Notes: a model not told the origin generated them from the sequence alone. A DNA stretch of 64,000 bases from an uncultured Methanosarcinales archaeon (GCA_964637115.1 CAZWVL010000008.1:10268-74267); one strand, 5' to 3'. Positions 47,793 to 57,361 are shown, counted from the first letter of the stretch. Translations and numbers: made by a program.

Positions 47793-48753
47793 CGTTCTAG
47801 CTAAATATCCCATGCACTTGTTCTCAGCAGCGCCAAACGCGAAAACAGGATATCACCGCGTTTGGATTAGAGACAACATTTACACGCTTTTTGGCCTGGA
47901 AGCAAAAGGCGATTATACAGCTTCTGTAAAAACAGTACACGCACTGATAGACATTCTGAAAAAACATTCTTACAAAATAGACTGGATGATAAAACAGCCG
48001 CATCCTAAAGATGGCCACAGATACATCCACCCAAGATACGATGAAAACGGAAACGAGCTTTCTGAACCATGGGGATGGAAACAGAATGATGCAATTGGAG
48101 CGCTTTTATGGAAGATTGGAACATTAGACAAAAAAGGAAAATTTGAATGGAGAGAAGGCGACAAGGAAATCGTGCAGAAACTTGTTAATTATTTACAAGC
48201 AATCGAATACTGGCACGACAAAGACAACGGAATGTGGGAAGAAGCAGAAGAAGTGCACGCAAGTTCAGTAGGAGCGTGCCTGGCAGGATTATTGGCAGTT
48301 GACCATATCGTTCACGTGCCATTGCACCTGATAGCACACGGAGAGCACACTTTGAAAACATTATTGCCAAGAGAAAGCGTTACAAAAGAAACGGACATGG
48401 CACTTTTATCATTAATCTGGCCGTACAACATTGTAACAGCACAAGAAAGAGAATTAATTTTGAAAAACGTAGAAGAATTAGTCAGAGAAAAAGGACTTAT
48501 CAGATATTCTGGAGACTTGTATTACAGCAAAGGCAAGGAAGCAGAATGGACAATGGGATTCCCATGGCTGGCAATCATTTACAAAGAACTCGGCTCAATG
48601 AACAAATATTATTTTTACCTTAACAAGACAAAAAGTGCTTTGAATCAAAAAGGAGAACTGCCAGAACTTTATTTCGGCGGAACATCAACACATAATGAAA
48701 ACACGCCGTTGGCGTGGGCGATGAGCCTGATGGCGGTAGCTGAAAAATGCTGA
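47785..48753 (+). CDS. GH15 glucoamylase / phosphorylase-kinase-subunit-like protein
   Basis: VWIRDNIY, QNDAIG, MWEE, ASS, RYSGDLY, EAEW, LPE. Confidence 0.85.
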   Translation: MYNVLAKYPMHLFSAAPNAKTGYHRVWIRDNIYTLFGLEAKGDYTASVKTVHALIDILKKHSYKIDWMIKQPHPKDGHRYIHPRYDENGNELSEPWGWKQNDAIGALLWKIGTLDKKGKFEWREGDKEIVQKLVNYLQAIEYWHDKDNGMWEEAEEVHASSVGACLAGLLAVDHIVHVPLHLIAHGEHTLKTLLPRESVTKETDMALLSLIWPYNIVTAQERELILKNVEELVREKGLIRYSGDLYYSKGKEAEWTMGFPWLAIIYKELGSMNKYYFYLNKTKSALNQKGELPELYFGGTSTHNENTPLAWAMSLMAVAEKC

Positions 48754-49874
48754 CGAGAAAAGACCAGGCGACAGTTAAGAAATTTATGTCAACATACAAA
48801 CAGTTACAGCCGCCAGTCATGCGAACCATAGAGCTGCCAAAAATTGGCAGAGCCGTGCTTCTCGATGAAAGCGTTAACCCAACCGGCACGCATAAAGACA
48901 GAATGGCTGAAAGCGTCCTTGAGTTTTACTTGAGAATATTGGCGGCCAGAGAAGCAGGAAACTGGAATAAACCGCTTCCATCACTCTCAATAATCAGTTC
49001 AGGCTCAGCAGCATTAGCAGTACAGACTCAATTGCGCAAATACGGATTCCCAAATCTGAAAGTCCTCTATGACAGACGGCATCTTGACCCAAACATTGAA
49101 GACCAGCTTACCAAAATCGGCTGCCGGATGCACTCAACCGATTTAAGCAAAAAATTTATCGACTCACAAACGCTTCTCAATCTAACCGATAACAAAGAGG
49201 GGTTTGTTGCAACATCAAAAAAGCTAACCAGCGGATGCTATAATCGAATAACGCAACGAATTCTGCACGAAATAGCCGGCGGCGGATTTTACGAGAAAGA
49301 TGAGCATGGCGCTGACAGAGAGGTCACCCGCATGCCTTGGTGGCCAGCCAGCGCATTCAAACCTGCTGTTATCGTGACGCCATTCGGCACAGGCAGATTG
49401 CTTGAAGACATTATTGAACCATGCAAAGCGGTTGTTGAAGCGGCCAACGCTGATTTGGACCACTCCCAGCAAAAAGCAGGATGGCACTACGTTGGCGGCC
49501 GTTACAACACCGCTGTTCTGCGCCAGTGCAGTTTCATTGGTGCAACAACAATCAATCCAAAGTCGCGCGCAACAAAGCTGTACGCTCCATTCAGACAAGA
49601 AGACCCTGACTCCAGCAGCCTCATGGCAGACATTGATGATTGGAATAAATGGATTCACCTGTACAAGTCAAGCGAACTTATAGGCAAGTATTCTGGCGTC
49701 TTTATATTCAAAGAAAAATACCTCAGGCAGGCGGAAGAAATCGCCGCAAAGCAAGACATCACCGCAGAACCATCTGCACTAGCAGGTATCGCGTATTTGC
49801 TGGAAAATGGCGCTCCGAAAAAACACAGAATAATCATCGTGAGCACTGGAAAGACGAAATTGGCAGGAACATGA
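48747..49874 (+). CDS. PLP-dependent enzyme, fold type II (threonine synthase/dehydratase-like)
   Basis: DESVNPTGTHKDR with PLP Lys, SSGSAA, PFGTG, EPSA. Confidence 0.75.
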   Translation: MLTRKDQATVKKFMSTYKQLQPPVMRTIELPKIGRAVLLDESVNPTGTHKDRMAESVLEFYLRILAAREAGNWNKPLPSLSIISSGSAALAVQTQLRKYGFPNLKVLYDRRHLDPNIEDQLTKIGCRMHSTDLSKKFIDSQTLLNLTDNKEGFVATSKKLTSGCYNRITQRILHEIAGGGFYEKDEHGADREVTRMPWWPASAFKPAVIVTPFGTGRLLEDIIEPCKAVVEAANADLDHSQQKAGWHYVGGRYNTAVLRQCSFIGATTINPKSRATKLYAPFRQEDPDSSSLMADIDDWNKWIHLYKSSELIGKYSGVFIFKEKYLRQAEEIAAKQDITAEPSALAGIAYLLENGAPKKHRIIIVSTGKTKLAGT

Positions 49875-50353
49875 CGCTCTTCTATTACGGCACAACTGTA
49901 CCTGTAGCAATCACGATTGCAGAACAAGGAGCAATATTCTCGCCTGTAATGAAACAACGCCACTACCTGAACGAATTACGAATAGCTCAGCCTGCACTTT
50001 TTCAAAAAAAATTTGGAAACAGACCTTTGGAAGAAACTGCAGATAAAATAGTGAGAGAAACAATTGCTCCGGAACAAGAAGCATACATAAACCAAGTAAC
50101 TCTTGTCAATACCATTCAACTTGCACTAATACAGCCGGGAAAAACAGAAGATGCAAAATTAGTTCTGGGGTTTAATGTTCATCAGCCTCCTGCAAGATTC
50201 GCACGCATACCAGTCCAGCTTGACCTTCAATACATTGTCAGCATGCACTTAACTGAAGAAGCAATACAGGACCAGCACGAACTGAAAGAAGCATACGCAC
50301 CATATTTTGCAAACAGTCAACCCTGCATTATGCGCATCGAGAGGGAACAATGA
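49871..50353 (+). CDS. Hypothetical protein
   Basis: ATGA-coupled to the upstream gene. Confidence 0.55.
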   Translation: MTLFYYGTTVPVAITIAEQGAIFSPVMKQRHYLNELRIAQPALFQKKFGNRPLEETADKIVRETIAPEQEAYINQVTLVNTIQLALIQPGKTEDAKLVLGFNVHQPPARFARIPVQLDLQYIVSMHLTEEAIQDQHELKEAYAPYFANSQPCIMRIEREQ

Positions 50354-50889
50354 AACTTCCATTTGTCTGGGAACTGAAAAATGAATTATTAACCTCGCAC
50401 CTGATTGGCTCACCGCACGGTTTCTCAATCAACCACGCACTGTATACTGTGGACTTAGTTAAGTACCTGAACGACAAAGGCTTGGTACTTGTAGAAGAGA
50501 TAAATGGATTTGGCAATTTAGATGCAACTGTAGAATTAATTGCACGCGAAACTAAAGTGGATATAAAACCGATTGCAACGTCTGAAGAAAGCAACATATT
50601 TTACCACAGATACGGCTTCAATCTCAGAGACCAACCAGAGCCAGTCGCAGCATACAGACAAGCAGATGCTGACAAGCTAAAAAAGATATATGAAGGAGTC
50701 AAGAACGATTTGACTCCTGACCAACTCCGCATTCTTGAACAATGCAATCCAAACATGGTTGCCCTCTCTTTACCAGAACTTGAAAAATTGCCAGCACTAA
50801 TCATAGTTGACTTAGCGCATTTGCTCATCGAGCCAACTATGCTGCAATTTTACCAGAAAAAAGGAATAAATATAGAAAAAATTCAATAA
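50350..50889 (+). CDS. Hypothetical protein (weak TraB/GumN-like N-terminus)
   Basis: HLIGSPH...LVLVEE; coupled start. Confidence 0.5.
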   Translation: MKLPFVWELKNELLTSHLIGSPHGFSINHALYTVDLVKYLNDKGLVLVEEINGFGNLDATVELIARETKVDIKPIATSEESNIFYHRYGFNLRDQPEPVAAYRQADADKLKKIYEGVKNDLTPDQLRILEQCNPNMVALSLPELEKLPALIIVDLAHLLIEPTMLQFYQKKGINIEKIQ

Positions 50890-51821
50890 AGTTTCTCTTC
50901 ATAACGCACAATACACTGCGTGTCAACACAGTCAAAGCCGGTAATTCTCGGCTGCTGCTCTGGAGGAATGCAGAATGCCTGCATCACTGAACATTGTGGA
51001 GCGCCGCACCTGTCCAGATAAAACACTGGAGGTTTGTGCAAAGTCTTTGTAGGACCTGCAATCTTATACGGACCGCAAATTCCTGTGACGCCCATCAACT
51101 GGCAGTCGCCCTTGACCGTGCAATAATTATTAAAACACGCTTCAGGAGTTTCTTTCCAACTGCCATCCTCGCACAACCAGTGCGTATTAGAAAATTCACC
51201 CTGTTCCGGAATTTCCGGCTCGCCCTGCAATCTTGCAACACACTCATTGTTCTGGCATTCACAACCGCCACCGCAATCCATTGTGCCAGGAGCACAATTC
51301 ATCGTACACGCCACACCTTCGCACGCGGGAGCCTGGCTGACTGGAACACAACTCGTTGCATGGCAACACTGTGCTGGCAAACAGTCAGAATTTGATGAAC
51401 ATCCTGCACTAGGGCAAGGGGCAAATTCGCAATTAGGACCTGTTCTGCCGACAGCAGAACCATCAGGACATACTTTAGCTTCCTCAGTGCACGCTTTTGG
51501 CTCATTCCAACCTTCGCGAGGAACGTTCTTGCACTCTTTATTCACGCACTTTGTCTCCAAATGACCTGCAATTCCCGAACAAAAGTCTGGACAGTCCCTG
51601 GACATATCAACATTTTTTGAAGCGTACAACTTGTTGCCAACAAAACAATTATCAGTCTTCTTATCAATGCCGCCACACGTGCAGTCAGCATCAACATTGC
51701 AAAAAGATGGATTTTCTAAGAACTGATTTTCTGAAGGCTTTGGCTCTGCAGGTTTTGGGGGAATAACTGTGCACGCTGCTAAGAAAACTAAAAATAAAAA
51801 TAAAAAACTAACCGATTTCAT
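50883..51821 (-). CDS. Multi-module Cys-rich lipoprotein
   Basis: Lipobox LAAC; CTEEAKVCPDGSAVGRTGPNCEFAPCP module; several further Cys clusters. Confidence 0.75.
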   Translation of the reverse strand: MKSVSFLFLFLVFLAACTVIPPKPAEPKPSENQFLENPSFCNVDADCTCGGIDKKTDNCFVGNKLYASKNVDMSRDCPDFCSGIAGHLETKCVNKECKNVPREGWNEPKACTEEAKVCPDGSAVGRTGPNCEFAPCPSAGCSSNSDCLPAQCCHATSCVPVSQAPACEGVACTMNCAPGTMDCGGGCECQNNECVARLQGEPEIPEQGEFSNTHWLCEDGSWKETPEACFNNYCTVKGDCQLMGVTGICGPYKIAGPTKTLHKPPVFYLDRCGAPQCSVMQAFCIPPEQQPRITGFDCVDTQCIVRYEEKLY

Positions 51822-52554
51822 AGGTCACGCTCACCTGCGCACTAATATGCACGTCCTGCGGCGAGATTTCCGTTGCAGGAGCTTCGGGACCCATCTCGGC
51901 TTTGGCCATCATGACACCGCCTCTGTAGAACGGCTGGACATAATAGCTGGTCTCAGACAAGCTCAACACTTTGCCCAGTTTAACGCCTGCGCCGTCTGAC
52001 AATGCTTCTGCCTTTTCTCGAGCGTTCATCGTTGCCTTTCTCAAGGCTTCAGTCTTGACTTCCTTCTGCTTTGCATCAGAAAGCTCGAAGTTGATGCTTT
52101 CAACATTGTTTGCGCCAGCCTGAATGCCTGCGTCAAGCAACACGCCAACTTTTCCAAGATCTTTTGTTGAAACAATGAATGAGTTGCTCACGCGATAACC
52201 CTTGTCAACCATCTTCTGGCCGGTCGGATCCCATTCCTGAATCTTTTCAACACGATAATTCGTAGTCTGGATTTCATTCTGCCTTACACCCGCCTGAGAC
52301 AATGCTGCCATAACACTGCTGCCGACTTCGCGGTTGCGAAGCTGCGCATCCTGTGCAGTTACGCTCTGCGTTTGGATGCTGAACGTTATTTTTGCCAGAT
52401 CAGGAGCAACATCAAACTCTGTGCTGCCCTGCACTGAAATAGCGTTTTGGGCCTGCTGGCCAGGCTGTTCCATAATCACACGCGTAGTACACGCGGTCAA
52501 TGCGATCATCAAGACCGCCACCAATAAGATTGTTTTGTTCATGTTTATCACCAT
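51808..52554 (-). CDS. SIMPL (DUF541) domain lipoprotein
   Basis: ISVQG, PDLAKI, GYRVSN, LLDAGIQAGAN, AREKAEAL...GVKLG; lipobox LTAC. Confidence 0.88.
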   Translation of the reverse strand: MVINMNKTILLVAVLMIALTACTTRVIMEQPGQQAQNAISVQGSTEFDVAPDLAKITFSIQTQSVTAQDAQLRNREVGSSVMAALSQAGVRQNEIQTTNYRVEKIQEWDPTGQKMVDKGYRVSNSFIVSTKDLGKVGVLLDAGIQAGANNVESINFELSDAKQKEVKTEALRKATMNAREKAEALSDGAGVKLGKVLSLSETSYYVQPFYRGGVMMAKAEMGPEAPATEISPQDVHISAQVSVTYEIG

Positions 52555-52584
52555 CTTTCTGAAAGTTGAGCGTTAATAAATATC

Positions 52585-53181
52585 CTATTTTTTACTAAGG
52601 GAAATGCCTAACTGCTTTTTATATTGTGCGGATTTATAGATCAAATATATGAGGGCGACCGCCAGAATGATTGCCGCGATGCCAAATACGTACGGCCAAT
52701 AGTTGACTGCTTCTGCGACCGGCACCGGTTCGGGCGCAGTGGCCGCAAGACTCTGCACGGCACCAACGCTTTCTTCAACAGCCGCTTTCATCGCCATAGG
52801 AGCAGCGTCTGCAGTTGCTTCCAATGACATCGCCATCTCTCCACCAGGAACGAGATTCCTGAACCAAGTCCAAATGCCGCCAACAACGCTGAATACTAGC
52901 ATTGCAAGCACAATCCAAATCTTCAATTCTTCAGGATTAAGAATGCCTTTGCCTTTCTTTGTTAATGAGTAATATTTCCACTTTCTGCCCTCTTCATGCC
53001 TCTCTACAAGACCAGCTTTTTCCAAAGCATCCAAATGCTCCTTGACTGTTGGGACTGAAAGTCCTAAAGAAGCAGCAATCTCGCTCTGCATATGCCTGCG
53101 CTGGTTCAAAAGTTTGAGAACATCAACTCTCGTTCCACTCGCTAATGCTTTGAAAGTTTCCTTGTCAAGACGAATGTCCAT
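52585..53181 (-). CDS. ArsR-family winged helix with two C-terminal TM helices
   Basis: FKALASGTRVDVLKLL...SEIAASLGLSVPTVKEHLDALEKAGLV...WKYYSLT. Confidence 0.85.
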   Translation of the reverse strand: MDIRLDKETFKALASGTRVDVLKLLNQRRHMQSEIAASLGLSVPTVKEHLDALEKAGLVERHEEGRKWKYYSLTKKGKGILNPEELKIWIVLAMLVFSVVGGIWTWFRNLVPGGEMAMSLEATADAAPMAMKAAVEESVGAVQSLAATAPEPVPVAEAVNYWPYVFGIAAIILAVALIYLIYKSAQYKKQLGISLSKK

Positions 53182-53302
53182 GGCAATTTTATCGTCCCGT
53201 TATTTAATAAGATTTGGATTTGGTAAGGCGTTACCCAAACATCGGAATTACACAAAACAATCATATTACTTGTGTGTAATTCCGAGTGTTGTCAAAAATA
53301 TC

Positions 53303-54964
53303 CTATTTTTGAAACAATTCCTCAACCAATTCAACATACATCGCAGCGCTCCAAGCCTGTGCAAGACAACCTTGCGACTTGAATTCAGCAGCGCTGCTAA
53401 GTTCTGCATGATGGCCTGTAGTGCCCTCATACAAAATTTCTTTCGTGCTTGTTTTCAAAATGTGCTGAATATAATCTTTATACTTCTTCTTGTCAAATGC
53501 AAACAGGACAATGGCAGCCAGATTGTTTATCCAGAACCAGCTGTCGCCGGAATGATAGCTCTTTGGGTTTTCGCCGGTATGCTGGCTTACAAAGGAAGGA
53601 TTGCCTGTTTCTATTGTTGCCAATCCGCCCCAGTCAAGCCACAATTTAGGCAAGACATAATCAAAACAATGAATCCATTCTCTCTTTGACAAAAGTTCAG
53701 GATAAGCATATGCGGCAATGAAAATGTTCGGCCTTATCGTGTCGTCATTTGCGCCGTCAGACAAATGGTCGTTTTTCCAGAAAGATTCCTTCACGCGATG
53801 CTTAAGCTTCTGCTCCAATGGATGCTCAGACTTAAGAACTCGATATAATCTGCAAGCGGCCAATGTCAAAGCCTGAATTTCAATCCTTGCACCTGGACGG
53901 TCAATACTGTCCATCCAAGTTTCACGAGCGCCATTCACCACAAGACCGTCTTTCAGATTTAATTCGTGCAGATAAGACTCGAGCTTTCTTTTCAGCCATT
54001 CTTTTTCCTGCTTTTTCAGTTCAGGCAGATAATCCTCAAAACGCAGGAAAAGCCAGCCGGCATCTGCAATAGTTGATGTTAACGTGCCTGGCAGTTTTCC
54101 TCCAGGCAACAATTTTTCCAACCATGAAAAGAGGATTACTTTTGCAAGGCTTTTTTGCTTTGAATGCAATAATGCCTTTACAGAAACCAATTCGTCACGT
54201 GCCCAGCGCTGGTGAAACCAAGGCAGGCCGGCACAAAGGCCGTGATTCTCCCGCAAACAAGCAAGAGAATAACGCGCGCATTCTGCAGCAGTGCGCATCT
54301 CACCATTCTTGATATCACCGCCTACAATGCTGTCAGATGCGAACTCCTCTGCTTCCTTGGCAAGACTCTTTTTTCTCGTCCACGAACTCTTTGCGAGCTG
54401 CAAAGCTTCCCTCTTTGTCTGAGAAAATGCAAGAACAAAACTGCCATGCGCCCTGCAGCCGCGCAACACCCACCGCGAAAAAGGGCGAGAATTGCGCGAC
54501 TCGTCATAAGTGTAATGCTGCTCCTCCCATTTTTCCAGTTTTTCAAACTCGCAGCCATAGAAAGCAAGCCAGAAAGAATACTCGCTTCCAAAAGACTCAC
54601 GAGCATCATTCTTCTTCTGAAAATGAACAAGCAACGCTTTATCTTCCATCAAAAATTCATAATTTCTGCCCCACTCACGATTATCATAGTTTAATTTGCA
54701 GTCGAACAAAATATCGGCCTTTTCTCCAAGTTCATAAAAGAAAACAGGCAGGTTCTTCGCGAACCAAAAAGATTCCTGCAGCCCTTCACGATCACGAGCT
54801 ACTTTCCACAGCTCGTTCAGAATCGCGCCAGGAGCGCCTTTCACGTCAATATGCGCGATTGTTTTGAACACGTCATTCTGGTGCCTGAAAAAAACTCCCT
54901 GATATCTGGATTTAATCCCGAACAATGCAAAACTGCCAGCGCAATTAGAGACGAGAAAACTCAT
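53303..54964 (-). CDS. Glycogen debranching enzyme (amylo-alpha-1,6-glucosidase)
   Basis: AGLPWFHQRWARD, ETWMD, IEIQAL, IRPN, YHSGDSW, QAWSAA. Confidence 0.85.
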   Translation of the reverse strand: MSFLVSNCAGSFALFGIKSRYQGVFFRHQNDVFKTIAHIDVKGAPGAILNELWKVARDREGLQESFWFAKNLPVFFYELGEKADILFDCKLNYDNREWGRNYEFLMEDKALLVHFQKKNDARESFGSEYSFWLAFYGCEFEKLEKWEEQHYTYDESRNSRPFSRWVLRGCRAHGSFVLAFSQTKREALQLAKSSWTRKKSLAKEAEEFASDSIVGGDIKNGEMRTAAECARYSLACLRENHGLCAGLPWFHQRWARDELVSVKALLHSKQKSLAKVILFSWLEKLLPGGKLPGTLTSTIADAGWLFLRFEDYLPELKKQEKEWLKRKLESYLHELNLKDGLVVNGARETWMDSIDRPGARIEIQALTLAACRLYRVLKSEHPLEQKLKHRVKESFWKNDHLSDGANDDTIRPNIFIAAYAYPELLSKREWIHCFDYVLPKLWLDWGGLATIETGNPSFVSQHTGENPKSYHSGDSWFWINNLAAIVLFAFDKKKYKDYIQHILKTSTKEILYEGTTGHHAELSSAAEFKSQGCLAQAWSAAMYVELVEELFQK

Positions 54965-55896
54965 ACTTCATCGCGGTAATACTTAGCCGCGTCCTCGGGA
55001 GAAACAGAATTAATTACAATGCCGGAAGCAAACTCAAAACCAGCCCAGATGGCAGAACGAGGACAGATTTCAATATGGAAATGGAAATCCTCGCCCTTCG
55101 GGCCATATTGAACAAGCAAATTATAATCAAAATTGGACTCGTGCACTTTCAGAAGAGCTTTCCTAAGAATTTCTGCAAACGCTGAAAAATTCACATCTTC
55201 CATACGCGCTATGTGCTGCTTTGGAAAAATCCAGATTTCATAATTGAAACGGGAAGCATAAGGAGTAAAGGCAATGAAGTCGGCATTCTCAAAACATTTC
55301 CTGCCGCTGTTGCTTTCCGACCTGATTACAGAACAGTACGGACAGGAAAGGAACTTGCGCATTGCAGTTATTTTTGCTGCAATCTCGGGAGGCATGATTG
55401 CCGTAGCCATAATCTGGGAATGAGAATGAACTATGGATGTACCGCCAAGATAACCGTGATTCTTGAACACGCTAACGTACTTAATATTGGGTTTTTGTTC
55501 CAGCTCAACTATCCTTCGCGCATAGACATACAAGACCTCTTCAATCTCTTCAGCACTCAGCTGCGCCAGCTGTTTGTCATGTCTTGGAGATTCAACCAGA
55601 ACTTCGTGATAGCCATACCCGCTTGCAGACGTGTAGAAACGATTGTCAGTCTTGGGAACAGAACTTCCTTCAGCTTTCAAAGCAGGAAACTTGTTCTCAA
55701 ACCATCTCAACTGCCAAGAACCGTTTTTAACTATTCTTCCAATCTCAGGAGGAGTGGAACTTTCGCTGCCAGGACAAAAATAGCAAACACCCTTCTGTTT
55801 TGTAACCGATTTCTGCAGTTCGTGAGGGCGCTGGGCTCTTGAAGAAGAAATAATCACCCAACGGTCCAATATGTAGTCCCTTCTCAATTCCCCCAT
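54961..55896 (-). CDS. galT: GalT-family nucleotidyltransferase (HIT)
   Basis: ELRRD, RAQRP, CYFCPG, ENKFP, GYHEV, FKNHG...HSHSQ. Confidence 0.85.
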   Translation of the reverse strand: MGELRRDYILDRWVIISSSRAQRPHELQKSVTKQKGVCYFCPGSESSTPPEIGRIVKNGSWQLRWFENKFPALKAEGSSVPKTDNRFYTSASGYGYHEVLVESPRHDKQLAQLSAEEIEEVLYVYARRIVELEQKPNIKYVSVFKNHGYLGGTSIVHSHSQIMATAIMPPEIAAKITAMRKFLSCPYCSVIRSESNSGRKCFENADFIAFTPYASRFNYEIWIFPKQHIARMEDVNFSAFAEILRKALLKVHESNFDYNLLVQYGPKGEDFHFHIEICPRSAIWAGFEFASGIVINSVSPEDAAKYYRDEV

Positions 55897-56017
55897 TAAT
55901 ACACCTCTTTCTGATTTTGTACAGCTAATCGCTATTTATAAAGATTTGCCTGACCTCCAAGAAGCCAGTATACGGATTACACAACCAAAAGATTTAAATA
56001 CGAAACAAGCCAGAACT

Positions 56018-56320
56018 ATGGAAATGGAAAGAGGTGCAGTAAGTGGCGCCGTATTGGTGCTGGCATTAGTAGGCATCGTTGGCGTGCTCGCTACTGTGGC
56101 CTTGATTGCTCGGCAACCTACAGGACTTGTCGCGCAAAATGAAGCAATATACGTAACCGAGGATGCAAGAACGCTGGGAATAGCGTGCAGAAACTGGCAG
56201 CACCAAGTGTTCTTCCTCGGATACACGGGCAGTTACGCTGTGTTTTGCTGCACGGAAGATATGACAGACCAGAACGAGTGCAGATATCCGCACAAAGTAC
56301 TAATCACAAGAACATATTAG
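56018..56320 (+). CDS. Small exported Cys-containing protein
   Basis: ERG plus hydrophobic helix plus QPTG; four Cys. Confidence 0.6.
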   Translation: MEMERGAVSGAVLVLALVGIVGVLATVALIARQPTGLVAQNEAIYVTEDARTLGIACRNWQHQVFFLGYTGSYAVFCCTEDMTDQNECRYPHKVLITRTY

Positions 56321-56343
56321 CGCAAAAGCGCAGGAGGTCAACA

Positions 56344-56754
56344 ATGGCAGATAAAAAAGAAGTGAGCATCTTACTTTTAGGCATCGTTGCAATACTCGCA
56401 ATCGTCGGCCTAGTGTTATTATTTACCAGCCCGGCAGCAACCGGCAAGGCATTCGTGCCACCACAATTGCCGCCAGGCATAGAAAGCCCGGCACCAGTCG
56501 GCTACCAAGCACAAGTCGGCGGGCAAGCAGGCCAAGCACGCGGCACACAGATTGGAAACGCAATCATAATTGCACGCTTAGAGGGTTCAAACCTCCCAGT
56601 ATGTCCAAACGGCAAAATCAGAACTCGTGAAATGGGCAACATACCATATGAAGCAATCCCAGGACACGAATGCGACTGGTTCTACTGCCCGGCAATGTGG
56701 GAAACAACAGACCCATCCGCAACACCAGTCCTTGCCTGCGCCAAGAAAGTATGA
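56344..56754 (+). CDS. Pilin-like exported protein sharing the LGIVAILAIVGLVLLFT helix
   Basis: GGAGG SD; helix identical to that of 9076-9579; C-terminal Cys. Confidence 0.65.
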   Translation: MADKKEVSILLLGIVAILAIVGLVLLFTSPAATGKAFVPPQLPPGIESPAPVGYQAQVGGQAGQARGTQIGNAIIIARLEGSNLPVCPNGKIRTREMGNIPYEAIPGHECDWFYCPAMWETTDPSATPVLACAKKV

Positions 56755-57059
56755 ATGAGCAGAGCGTAGGGCTTATTATTTTCGCACTCACCGCACTCGG
56801 TGCGGTGTTTGCTTTTATTCTTGTATTTGGCGGACCTCCAGATACTACAGGAAATTTAGCAGGATCGCAAAAAATAGGGACAAGCTGGTTCAAGTATAGA
56901 GATGCTTTCCAGGCCTGCATGGCGGGAACAAACTGCGAAGATGGACTGCCAGGAATACCAACAGGCGGATATGATCCTAGCTTGGAACTCTACCAGTGCA
57001 GATGCCAGACAAGCGACCCAACATTCGTCTTTTACAGAAGCGCATACGCACCGGGATGA
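56751..57059 (+). CDS. Small exported Cys-containing protein
   Basis: TM plus DTTG; four Cys; ATGA coupling. Confidence 0.6.
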   Translation: MNEQSVGLIIFALTALGAVFAFILVFGGPPDTTGNLAGSQKIGTSWFKYRDAFQACMAGTNCEDGLPGIPTGGYDPSLELYQCRCQTSDPTFVFYRSAYAPG

Positions 57060-57313
57060 AACATATACTGCCTTACCTTATTATTTTAATTCTTTCAATG
57101 CTGGCAATAGTAATGGCAGATAAGCTGACAGGCAACATTGTCGTGAACGAAAAAGACCCGTGCAGAATGATACGCTGCAACGTGCAATTGTTCGGATTCA
57201 TACAGCAGCCGGCAGAATGGATAGGCACAACACCGGACGGAATGGCAGTTTGTCATTGTCCTCAGGAATCAATGGATTACTTGTTTTACGTCAGTTTGCA
57301 GAGAAAATATTAG
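57056..57313 (+). CDS. Small exported Cys-containing protein
   Basis: TM plus KLTGNIV; four Cys; ATGA coupling. Confidence 0.6.
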   Translation: MKHILPYLIILILSMLAIVMADKLTGNIVVNEKDPCRMIRCNVQLFGFIQQPAEWIGTTPDGMAVCHCPQESMDYLFYVSLQRKY

Positions 57314-57361
57314 TTTGACGCTTTGAAAGAACAATAATCTGAACCGTACGAAAAACTGATG

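Noticed and set aside
55213-55842. 209-aa ORF opposite galT
   Set aside because: Antisense shadow.
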